From: Promethearchaeota archaeon
Lineage (GTDB): Archaea; Asgardarchaeota; Lokiarchaeia; Sigyniarchaeales; SOKP01
DNA: 37,899 bases
NCBI GenBank assembly: GCA_048938895.1
Contig: JBHLLU010000038.1
Span: forward strand, 1 to 37,899
Reading direction: 5' to 3'
The notes below the pieces were generated by a model, which did not search any database, had not been told where the DNA came from, and worked only from the letters and a program-made list of their open reading frames with translations. The position numbers were made by a program, and so were the translations under genes. How positions within the stretch are numbered: position 1 is the first letter of the stretch; every line of letters begins with the position of its first letter. This document shows, in pieces, positions 18,730 through 27,693 of this stretch.

Positions 18730-19846
18730 CTACAACCTCCTTTACTTTTTCAACAGCTTTAATTACGTCCTGAAATGCATTCACTCCAGATTCTTCAAGG
18801 AGAGCAATTCCTTCTTTTTCTCTTGTCCCTGTAAGTCTTATTACTAATGGTGGTGTATCTTTCAGATCCTTTAATGCTTGAATTATTGCTTCAGCGACAA
18901 TATCGCATCGGGTTATACCACCGAATATATTTACAAGGACACATTTAGGTTTCATTCCAAAAAGTAGTTCTAATGCTTTATATACTCGTTCTTTACTGGC
19001 ACCACCTCCTACATCCAAGAAATTTGCAGGTTTTAAACCTAATTCAGAAAGTACATCTAATAACGCCATAGTTAAACCTGCTCCATTAGCTAGTATTCCA
19101 ATATCACCATCCAATTCTACAAAAGAAAAGCCTGATTCTTTTGCCAATCTTTCTAATGGGGTTAACTTTTTACCTTGTAGTTCTTTAACAATTGGTTGTC
19201 GAAAAGCTGAATCGTCATCCAGGATCATCTTTCCATCAACCGCTTTTAACCCTATTGGAGTGAGAACTAAAGGATTAATCTCGACTAACTGAGCTTCAAG
19301 TTTAGTTGTTATCTTCCATAAATTGTATAATAATGCCTTTGCAGAAGCAGAATTATCTCCAATAAAGCCCAAATTGTTGATAACTTTATCGATAATTTGT
19401 TCAGTTAAAGCAGTAGTATAAGAAAATTTCTCTTTGATTATAGCTTCTGGATTGGTATTTGCGACTTCTTCTATATCAATCCCTCCTTGTTTGCTTGCAA
19501 TTATATAGAACTGCCCTTCTGACGCATCTAGAGCAATTGAACAGTAGTATTCATGCTGGATCTCAACTAATTCTTCTACAAGAATAGCTTGGACTTTAAA
19601 TCCACTTACTTCCCTTTGGAAGAATTCATGACATAAAGTAATTGCTTCCTCTTTAGATTGAGCAATTTTAATAAGTCCAGCTTTTTTTCTGCTACCGATT
19701 GCTATTTGAGATTTAATAATTGCTGGAAACTCAAACTGATCTACTTTTTCTTCTATACATTCTCCCTTTTCTATTACAATATTTTTTACTAAAGGAATGT
19801 TAAATTGACTGAAAATTTTCTTACTTTCATATTCAAGTAATCTAAT
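18722..19846 (-). CDS. sucC: Succinyl-CoA ligase beta subunit, full length 374 aa, ATT start
   Basis: Frame is open for 158 codons upstream of the track start: (I)RLLEYESKKIF...KSQIAIGSRKKAG...VEE...EYY...GGIDIEE, continuing to EINPL, NGAGL, NFLDVGGG, NIFGGITRCD. Confidence 0.9.
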   Translation of the reverse strand: MRLLEYESKKIFSQFNIPLVKNIVIEKGECIEEKVDQFEFPAIIKSQIAIGSRKKAGLIKIAQSKEEAITLCHEFFQREVSGFKVQAILVEELVEIQHEYYCSIALDASEGQFYIIASKQGGIDIEEVANTNPEAIIKEKFSYTTALTEQIIDKVINNLGFIGDNSASAKALLYNLWKITTKLEAQLVEINPLVLTPIGLKAVDGKMILDDDSAFRQPIVKELQGKKLTPLERLAKESGFSFVELDGDIGILANGAGLTMALLDVLSELGLKPANFLDVGGGASKERVYKALELLFGMKPKCVLVNIFGGITRCDIVAEAIIQALKDLKDTPPLVIRLTGTREKEGIALLEESGVNAFQDVIKAVEKVKEVVGE

Positions 19847-19964
19847 TTGTTATCCCTCTTTCCTTGTCAGTATAAAATTAATGCTCTATATCTTTTTGTT
19901 GAATTTAATTATACTTTAATATATGATAATGTGAAATAAATAATTACAAGTAAAATTTATTGAA

Positions 19965-21392
19965 ATGAATAAAATGAACAAGTCAATTGAACCTCAAAAT
20001 ATAGATGAATCAAAAGGTTCTTCTATATCCAAATTAATTATGTTTTCAATGGGCTATTTTCTCAATATTTTCATAATGATGGCTTTTAATACTTATGTAT
20101 GGACTTTTTATGAAGTAGAGCTTGGATTAATAGGTTTTGTATCGTTATGGCCCTTATATATGGCAATCGCGAACATAATATTTACAGTATGGACAATGAT
20201 TACAAATCCTCTTATTGGCTATTTTACAGATAAACCTTTTAAGTGGACAAGGAAAAGAGGATTTCATACACCTTGGATTATTATCGGAGGTATCCCAACA
20301 ATAATCTTCTTTTTCCTCCTTTTCACGCCACCTAACGTCTCAGGACGAGAAAGTGCTATTCCTATTTTTGTATATTATCTATTTATCGTCTGTTTGTTTG
20401 ATATTTCTTATACTCTTCTTCAAACACATTCTTTTGGGGCTTTCGCTGCTCATTTCAGAGGGGAAAAGGAAAGAATAAGAGCAGGATTTGCTACTCAGTT
20501 TTTTACATTTCTAGCAAATTTCTTAGCAATTACAATCTGGTCACAGATTATTTTTGCAGGGAATATTGAATCATTTACATTCGCGGCATTAATAAGCATA
20601 ATACTTTTATTGATTTCTTTTATTATATTTATTCCAGGTTCTATAGAATCTGATGAGATTAAAGAGAGATTCATTTTAGGATATAAGAATGCAGAGAAAA
20701 TCTCATTTTTTAAAGCGATGAAAATTGCGATAAAACAGAAAAATTTTATGCTTGCTGTCCTTACATACGTCTTTTTCATGATAGCAATGGGGCTTGTAAG
20801 TATGAATTCATTTAATTTTGTTGATGATGTTTTAAAAGCAAAGCAGGAAATAAGAACTATTGAGTCATTCTTAATGTTTGTTGCATCTCTTTTGACGATG
20901 CCCTTATGGCTATTTTTAGCCAAAAAAATGGAAAATTCCACAATGTATTCGCTTGGTATGACTATCTTTGGGTTTATTGTGCTACTTAATTTATTCATTG
21001 TAAATGTATTCCAATTATATCTACTTGCTATCTTTAAAGGAGCTGCGATTGCGATGTTTTTAATTATGTTATCACCTATTTTTGCTGATTGTTATGATGA
21101 AATTGCTGTCAAAGCTCAGAAACACCAACAAGCTACCTTATTGGGAGTAAGAAATTTCTTTCTTAAAATATCTGTAACAATTCAAAGCTTAATTATTGCA
21201 TTTATTCACATCATTACAGTATATGAACCAATTAATCCAAGCACTAATGCGATTTTAGGTCTTCGCTTAATCCAAGGACTATTTCCATTTCTTTTTTGCT
21301 TTATTGGTGCTTTAATATTTTATAAATGGTTTGATTTGAAGGGAAGCAAAAAGAAAGAAATTATGAAAAAATTAAAAGAAATGGGCTTATAG
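19965..21392 (+). CDS. MFS transporter, glycoside-pentoside-hexuronide (MelB-like) type
   Basis: About 12 TM segments, NPLIGYFTD..., PWIIIGG, FADCYDE. Confidence 0.82.
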   Translation: MNKMNKSIEPQNIDESKGSSISKLIMFSMGYFLNIFIMMAFNTYVWTFYEVELGLIGFVSLWPLYMAIANIIFTVWTMITNPLIGYFTDKPFKWTRKRGFHTPWIIIGGIPTIIFFFLLFTPPNVSGRESAIPIFVYYLFIVCLFDISYTLLQTHSFGAFAAHFRGEKERIRAGFATQFFTFLANFLAITIWSQIIFAGNIESFTFAALISIILLLISFIIFIPGSIESDEIKERFILGYKNAEKISFFKAMKIAIKQKNFMLAVLTYVFFMIAMGLVSMNSFNFVDDVLKAKQEIRTIESFLMFVASLLTMPLWLFLAKKMENSTMYSLGMTIFGFIVLLNLFIVNVFQLYLLAIFKGAAIAMFLIMLSPIFADCYDEIAVKAQKHQQATLLGVRNFFLKISVTIQSLIIAFIHIITVYEPINPSTNAILGLRLIQGLFPFLFCFIGALIFYKWFDLKGSKKKEIMKKLKEMGL

Positions 21393-21457
21393 AATTTTAC
21401 TTTAACAACTTAATATAAATAAAGAAAAAAAAATCATGAATATCTGAACATAAGTGC

Positions 21458-22279
21458 TTAATTTCCTAATTCGTTGATTTTTAGAGGTGGGCGAGGTGTT
21501 GTTCTGAGATATTTCACAGCAGGATAACCGAGTGTAAAAGCCCCAAGTACATAACCTTTTATTCCTAAAATATTCATAATTTCTCTATTCATAGGAATTG
21601 CTATTTGAAGGCCACCTATCCAACATGTTCCAAGACCAAGAGTTTCAGCAGCGAGCATACCATAAGTTAATGCAATACCTGCATCATTACCGCGCAATCC
21701 TATCATTGTACCAATTTTTTCAACAGTTTCATAGTATAAAACAATTAAATGAGGTGCATTGAAAAAAACATTTCTTCCTCTAGATTTGAGAGATTTGAGT
21801 GCTTCATCTTCTGATTCAAAACCCCTATATCTATACATTGTTTTCACAATTGCATCACTCAATTCTTCGATTTTTTCAGGATCAGATATAATTAGATAAC
21901 GCCATAATCGGAGATTACCACCACTTGGAGCATATCTCATAGCCTTAAAGACCTTTTCTATTAATTCTTGTGGAACATTTTTAGATTTATAACGTCTAAT
22001 TGATCGTTTTGCGCGAATAAGTCTATAAAAATTGTCGTTGGTAATAATAGCTTCTGGAGAATCTATGCCTGGAAAGGATTCAACATCTTCTAAGTCCTCT
22101 GTGAGAATAGCATTTTCAGGACATATGGCTATACAATGACCACATACGTTACAAGCTGGAAGGGTTTCATTGAACACTACTTCTTTATTTTCATTGACTG
22201 AATAATAACCACTACCACACTCTTGGATACATTGCTTACAATTCGAACACTTTTCTTTATCAATACCAATAATTGACAT
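21458..22279 (-). CDS. Nitroreductase with N-terminal 2x[4Fe-4S] domain (paralog 1)
   Basis: CSNCKQCIQEC and CNVCGHCIAICP; KRSIRRY, APSGGN, LGLGTCWIG. Confidence 0.9.
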   Translation of the reverse strand: MSIIGIDKEKCSNCKQCIQECGSGYYSVNENKEVVFNETLPACNVCGHCIAICPENAILTEDLEDVESFPGIDSPEAIITNDNFYRLIRAKRSIRRYKSKNVPQELIEKVFKAMRYAPSGGNLRLWRYLIISDPEKIEELSDAIVKTMYRYRGFESEDEALKSLKSRGRNVFFNAPHLIVLYYETVEKIGTMIGLRGNDAGIALTYGMLAAETLGLGTCWIGGLQIAIPMNREIMNILGIKGYVLGAFTLGYPAVKYLRTTPRPPLKINELGN

Positions 22280-22332
22280 GGGGATTTCATTTAATTTTAT
22301 TAATATAAAATTATTCTAATGTAAATTAAGCG

Positions 22333-22356
22333 TACTTTATAAAGTATTGGTTGATA
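22333..22356 (-). promoter_or_regulatory. Archaeal BRE/TATA promoter of nitroreductase 1
   Basis: Minus strand reads TATCAACCAA-tac-TTTATAAAG, conserved upstream of paralog 2. Confidence 0.55.
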
Positions 22357-22398
22357 AATACTCATTATATAGGAGAAAAAGAGGATTAATTGCTGAGT

Positions 22399-22458
22399 GA
22401 TTTAAAGGGAAACAAAAAACAAGAAATTATGATATGATTAAAAGAAATGGGTTTACAA
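22399..22458 (+). pseudogene. Decayed copy of the MFS gene 3' end
   Basis: Translates to DLKGNKKQEIMI*LKEMGLQ versus the MFS C-terminus DLKGSKKKEIMKKLKEMGL* (21333-21392). Confidence 0.8.
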
Positions 22459-22470
22459 GAATTATTTTTA

Positions 22471-23289
22471 TTATTCAAGTCCTTTTATTTTTAATGGTGG
22501 TCTTGGGGCTGTTCTATGATATTTCACAGCAGGATAACCTAATGTGAAGGCTCCGAGCACCATTCCCTTTATTCCAATAATGTTTAAAATCTCTTTATTC
22601 ATTGGAACTGCCCCCTGAATCATTCCAATCCAACAAGTTCCAAGACCAAGACTTTCTGCTGCTAGCATTCCATAAGTTAAAGCAATTCCGGCATCATTTG
22701 CGCGTAATCCAATCATAATACTATTTTTTTCAACAACCCTATAATATAATACAATTACATGTGGGGCGTTATAAAATATACTACGTCCAATAGATTTAAA
22801 ATATTTAAGAGCTTGTTCTGCGGATTTAAAACCCATATACTGGTATTGAGTCTTTACAATTTCATTACTTAATAACTCAATTTGCTCAGGATCTGAGAGA
22901 ATTATATATCGCCATGCCCGAGCATTAGAAGCGCTTGGTGCATATCGCATTGCTTCAAAAACTTTTTGAATTATTTCTTTTGGGACTTTTTTGTTTTTAT
23001 AACGTCTTATTGATCGCTTAGCTCGAAGAAGTTTATATATCTTATCATATTCTACAATGTCTCCCGGAGAATCTATACCTGGAAAGGTTTCAACGTCATC
23101 TAAATCTTTTGTGAGAATAGCATCTTCAGGACAAATGGCTATACAGTGACCACAAATATTACAAGCTGTAAGGGTATCATTGAAGACTACTTCTTTACTT
23201 TCATTGATTAAAAAATATCCACGACCACACTCTTGGATGCACTGCCTACAATTTGAACACTTTTCTTTATCAATTCCAATAACTGACAT
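22471..23289 (-). CDS. Nitroreductase with N-terminal 2x[4Fe-4S] domain (paralog 2)
   Basis: CSNCRQCIQEC and CNICGHCIAICP; KRSIRRY, APSASN. Colinear with paralog 1. Confidence 0.9.
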   Translation of the reverse strand: MSVIGIDKEKCSNCRQCIQECGRGYFLINESKEVVFNDTLTACNICGHCIAICPEDAILTKDLDDVETFPGIDSPGDIVEYDKIYKLLRAKRSIRRYKNKKVPKEIIQKVFEAMRYAPSASNARAWRYIILSDPEQIELLSNEIVKTQYQYMGFKSAEQALKYFKSIGRSIFYNAPHVIVLYYRVVEKNSIMIGLRANDAGIALTYGMLAAESLGLGTCWIGMIQGAVPMNKEILNIIGIKGMVLGAFTLGYPAVKYHRTAPRPPLKIKGLE

Positions 23290-23345
23290 AGGTTTTAAAT
23301 CGACTATGATTAGTATATACTTTTCATATAAAAATTAAGGAGTGC

Positions 23346-23365
23346 TTATAAAAAATTGGTTGATA
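23346..23365 (-). promoter_or_regulatory. Archaeal BRE/TATA promoter of nitroreductase 2
   Basis: Minus strand reads TATCAACCAA-ttt-TTTATAA. Confidence 0.55.
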
Positions 23366-23412
23366 TAATATTTGGATAATTATGAAAGTAGAAAATAAAA
23401 GGTTTTATTTAT

Positions 23413-24855
23413 TTAGAAAATACCAAATATTCTAAGAAGTACTACTATAACTACAATTGCCAACCCTATAAGTAATACCCAGAACCTATGGATCCCTCGC
23501 TCTCCCAATCCAAAAATCACATTTTTAAATTCTATCTTATCACCATTCCTATCAATTTCATGACCTTCTTTATTAACGGTATCCATAATTTTAACTTTCC
23601 CTACAGCTAATCTGTCTTGATCATCTTTGAGAGGTCCAATATCACATCTCATAATTCGTCCATGGATATGTTTTTTCCTACGGATAAGTTTAGCCCCTGA
23701 AGTAAAATTCCCTCCTGAAAATGCTACTAATTTCCAGAGTTTAATAAGCACTCCTCCCTTTTTATAATCTGCTCTTACTTTAATTACTGGTTGCCGAACA
23801 TGTGGATGATGACCGAAAATAAGATCCCAACTTTTAATGTCATTATCGCCTATCATAAGCTTTTTAGCGCGTTTTTGTAATCGTCTTCGTACATATCTTT
23901 CATTTTCAAAATTCCAGTGTGGATAAAGTATATTGAATTTTCCATCATCATGATATGGGTTCAATTTCTTTGTTCTATATTTGGAAATGCATTTCCATGT
24001 TTTTTGATTACTCCATTCTGAAGCTGAGGCAATATTAATGTTTTTTCTCTCTACAAAAACATTTGGTACATCGTTACGCCCAAATACATCAATTTTAGGA
24101 TCTTCTTGGATTAAATTTAGTGATTCATGAAATTTCCGATTACCGTAATCGATACTATGATTGTTACTTAAACATAATAACCAACGAATATCATTACCTT
24201 CTAAAAGCTGATTCAGTTGTTTAAGGATTTTCATTGGATGTACCTGTTTTGTTAAAAAAGGATCTTTTGGAGGTTCTCTCACTATACCTTCAAGATTCCC
24301 TACAATTATATTAACTCCACTATCTTCTTCAAAAAATTCTTTTACCTGATTTTCAAACCTTAAACCGAATTTCTTCATCATCATTATATCCCCTACAAAA
24401 CCTATTTTATAAATTGTTTCTTTAATAGGATTTAATTCCAATTCATAATGAAAAACTGTAGCATTATTTTCTTCAGGTGTAATTCTCTCTACTTTATCAA
24501 CTTCTTCTTGAATTTTATGACGACTTGTTAAAATTCTATCTCTTATATAAAAAGAGATAAATATACTTGCTGTATATGTTAAGCTTGTTATTATTGTCAA
24601 TAGGATAAAATTGTCAACATCACCTGTGGTGAAGATGATTAGAAGTACAATACAAAACGCAATTATTCCTGGTAAAACTAACATTTTTAAGAAATAATTA
24701 AGAGTTTCATGGCAATTATATGGCGTATAACTCATTATACACCACCATTTGGTTTTCTTACTATTATTGCAAGGGTGTTTTACTGGAGGATTAGCATTAT
24801 AATAATCTTCTAATTTTTCTTCACTACCATCCTCCTTTCTCATCATAAGTGACAT
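23413..24855 (-). CDS. Membrane-anchored CapA/PgsA-family metallophosphatase
   Basis: GDIMM, NLEG, SNNHSIDYG, PHW, GHHPHV, SGGNF; two N-terminal TMs and one C-terminal TM. ATG at 24855 follows an AGGTGA SD. Confidence 0.78.
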   Translation of the reverse strand: MSLMMRKEDGSEEKLEDYYNANPPVKHPCNNSKKTKWWCIMSYTPYNCHETLNYFLKMLVLPGIIAFCIVLLIIFTTGDVDNFILLTIITSLTYTASIFISFYIRDRILTSRHKIQEEVDKVERITPEENNATVFHYELELNPIKETIYKIGFVGDIMMMKKFGLRFENQVKEFFEEDSGVNIIVGNLEGIVREPPKDPFLTKQVHPMKILKQLNQLLEGNDIRWLLCLSNNHSIDYGNRKFHESLNLIQEDPKIDVFGRNDVPNVFVERKNINIASASEWSNQKTWKCISKYRTKKLNPYHDDGKFNILYPHWNFENERYVRRRLQKRAKKLMIGDNDIKSWDLIFGHHPHVRQPVIKVRADYKKGGVLIKLWKLVAFSGGNFTSGAKLIRRKKHIHGRIMRCDIGPLKDDQDRLAVGKVKIMDTVNKEGHEIDRNGDKIEFKNVIFGLGERGIHRFWVLLIGLAIVVIVVLLRIFGIF

Positions 24856-25061
24856 GATTATATTCACCTTTTTTAATTGAAAAACATTGGATATTGATCA
24901 ATACTTTTAGATTCTTTATATATATTACTTTTTTGTACAACAAAATTACGAATTAGCTATCTTATCTTATTTAAACTCTGATTATAAACTATAAAAAAAG
25001 GCTTTTTAATCCAAAATATACCTCACTAATATAACTTAAAAGTTTCTATTCAAAAGAATAA

Positions 25062-26810
25062 ATGATTGTATATGGTGCATCAAAAATTAACGATATCTCA
25101 ATAGTGCTTTGTGGAGCTGCGGGTCAAGGTATTCAAACTGTTGAAGCATTATTAACAAAAACATTAAAAAGAACAGGATATCATGTATTTGCAACTCGAG
25201 AATACATGTCACGTGTTCGAGGAGGAGTCAATTCTACTGAAATTAGAGTTTCATCTAAACCTGTACGAGCATATGTCGATCGAATTGACATTTTAATCCC
25301 ACTTAACGAAGCCGCACTCCCACATTTAAAAGAAAGAATATCCCCTGATACTTTAGTCATTGGTGAAAAACGCTACTTAGAAACTATTTCAGATATTAAA
25401 TTTGAAATATTAAGTATTCCCTTTACAGAACTTTCAAATGAAGTTGGGGGTGCTATATATGCAAACATAATTGCATTAGGGGTAATATTATGCATATTAA
25501 ACGCTGAAAGGACAATACTTTTAGATTTACTTTCAGAGAATTTCAAATCAAAAGGCCAAGAAATTATTAACAATAATATTAAGGCTGTCGATAAAGGTTA
25601 TGAGGTAGTCGAACAAAAATTAGCTTCAAGAATTGTAAATAAGAAACGATTTGAAATACCGAGAAATACAGATATAATAGATAATTATATATTAGATGGA
25701 ACTCAAGCGATAGCGTTGGGTGCTATTGCAGGAGGTTGTAATTTTGCTTGTTTTTATCCAATGGCACCTTCTACTGGTATTGGCACATTTTTAGCTCAAC
25801 ATGCTCTTGAATTCGATATGATTGTTGATCAAACAGAAGACGAGATCAGTGCTATTAATAAGACTCTAGGTGCTTCATATGCAGGAGCACGTTCGTTTGT
25901 CTCCACTTCTGGTGGTGGGTTCTCTCTCATGACAGAGGGAATAAGCCTTGCAGGTATGACAGAGTTACCAATAGTAATGGTTGTGGGACAAAGACCCGGA
26001 CCCGCAACTGGAATGCCCACCAGAACGTCTCAAGAAGATATTGAACTCGTGCTATATGCTGGTGCTGGGTGGTTTCCAAGAATTATTTTCTCACCAGGTA
26101 GCCTAGAGGATGCTTTTAAATTGACCCAAAAAGCATTTAACCTTACTCAAAAATATCATGTTCCTGTATTTATTCTAACAGATCAATACCTCGTTGATTC
26201 ATATTATAATATTAGTTCATTAGATTTAGATTCCTTAGAAATTATTAAAAACATTGTTGAAACTCACAAATATTATGAGAGATACCGATTTACAGATAAT
26301 GGTATTTCTCCACGAGGAATCCCCGGTTACGGTGAAGGATTGGTTGATGCAGACAGTCATACTCATGATGAATATGGTGCTATCACAGAGGATCCAATAA
26401 TAAGAAATAAAACAGTTGAAAAACGATTTAAAAAACTCGAGGTAATTAAAAAAGAAACCATACCTCCAGAATTTTATGGAGTTAAGAAACATAAATATCT
26501 TATAGTAAGTTGGGGCAGTAATTTCTATTTGATTAAAGAAGCTTTAGAAAGATTGGACCGGGATGATATTGGTTTCTTATTTTTTAAACAGATTTATCCC
26601 ATTCATGAATCTGCTCTTGATTATCTTACGAATGCGGAAATAAGGATATCAATTGAGCAAAATCCGACTGCACAATTTGCGAAACTATTAGAAAATGAAA
26701 CTCACATAAACATGAACCATAGGATTTTAAAATACAGTGGTTATATTTTCTCTGTCGAGGAAATTTTGGAACGATTGAAAAATATAATTGGTGGTGAGAA
26801 AGATAACTAA
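25062..26810 (+). CDS. korA: 2-oxoacid:ferredoxin oxidoreductase alpha subunit (gamma-alpha fusion)
   Basis: GAAGQGI, EYMSRVRGG, FYPMAPST, QTEDEISA, TSGGGF, QRPGPATG.PT. Confidence 0.9.
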   Translation: MIVYGASKINDISIVLCGAAGQGIQTVEALLTKTLKRTGYHVFATREYMSRVRGGVNSTEIRVSSKPVRAYVDRIDILIPLNEAALPHLKERISPDTLVIGEKRYLETISDIKFEILSIPFTELSNEVGGAIYANIIALGVILCILNAERTILLDLLSENFKSKGQEIINNNIKAVDKGYEVVEQKLASRIVNKKRFEIPRNTDIIDNYILDGTQAIALGAIAGGCNFACFYPMAPSTGIGTFLAQHALEFDMIVDQTEDEISAINKTLGASYAGARSFVSTSGGGFSLMTEGISLAGMTELPIVMVVGQRPGPATGMPTRTSQEDIELVLYAGAGWFPRIIFSPGSLEDAFKLTQKAFNLTQKYHVPVFILTDQYLVDSYYNISSLDLDSLEIIKNIVETHKYYERYRFTDNGISPRGIPGYGEGLVDADSHTHDEYGAITEDPIIRNKTVEKRFKKLEVIKKETIPPEFYGVKKHKYLIVSWGSNFYLIKEALERLDRDDIGFLFFKQIYPIHESALDYLTNAEIRISIEQNPTAQFAKLLENETHINMNHRILKYSGYIFSVEEILERLKNIIGGEKDN

Positions 26811-27663
26811 TAATTCGTTTGATTTGGAAGGAATTGAAATGCATTGGTGTCCTGGATGTGGAAACTTTAGTGCGATGAAAGTAATGAAAGAAACATTGAT
26901 TGAATTAAATATAAAACCAAAAGATTTCGTATTAGTTTCTGGAATCGGACAAGCGGGAAAATTTCCTCATTTTATGAAATCACAAAGCTATAATGGACTT
27001 CACGGGAGATATTTGTCAGCAGCATTGGGTATAAAAGCAGCAAATCCAAATCTTCATGTAATTGCTGTGAGTGGTGATGGATGTACATATAGTGAAGGAG
27101 GAAATCACTTTCTCCACACCATCCGGTATAATCCAGATATTGTCAATATTGTACATAATAATATGGTCTATGGGTTAACGAAGGGTCAAGCATCTCCTAC
27201 TAGTCAGTTAGGCTTTAAAACCAAAGTTCAGGTATTTGGGGTTATAAATGAACCATTTAATGCCGTAGCGGTGGCTATAGCATTGAATGCTTCTTTTGTT
27301 GCCAGAGCATTCGTAGGTGATATAGAAAAGTCCAAAGAGATTTTAAAAAGCGCTATAAACCATAAAGGATATGCTCTTATAGATCTACTATGTCCATGTG
27401 TTAGTTTTAATCGCGTTAATACCTTTCAATGGTACAAGGCAAATAGTTATTATATAGATAGTTCTCATAATCCACATGATCAAAAAGCCGCAATGGATTT
27501 GGCATTAGATACTAGTAAGTTTGCTTTAGGAATTCTATATCTAAATCTCAATAGGAGAATCTATAGTGAAAACGTTCGTATTTATAATAATGATAAAAGA
27601 CCATTATATCAGCGTGATTTAAACAAAAAAAAAATAGAGGACTTGTTAAACACTTTTCGGTAA
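26788..27663 (+). CDS. korB: 2-oxoacid:ferredoxin oxidoreductase beta subunit (TPP-binding); start uncertain between 26788 and 26803
   Basis: WCPGCGN, SGIGQ, LHGR, GDG...EGGNH, NNMVYGLTKGQASPT, PCVSFN. Confidence 0.9.
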   Translation: MVVRKITNNSFDLEGIEMHWCPGCGNFSAMKVMKETLIELNIKPKDFVLVSGIGQAGKFPHFMKSQSYNGLHGRYLSAALGIKAANPNLHVIAVSGDGCTYSEGGNHFLHTIRYNPDIVNIVHNNMVYGLTKGQASPTSQLGFKTKVQVFGVINEPFNAVAVAIALNASFVARAFVGDIEKSKEILKSAINHKGYALIDLLCPCVSFNRVNTFQWYKANSYYIDSSHNPHDQKAAMDLALDTSKFALGILYLNLNRRIYSENVRIYNNDKRPLYQRDLNKKKIEDLLNTFR

Positions 27664-27693
27664 ATTATAATTTATAAGATTTAAAAGAGAATA

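Noticed and set aside
18722-19372. Truncated or pseudogenised sucC (216 aa), as given in the track
   Set aside because: The frame stays open and conserved up to 19846 with no stop or frameshift.
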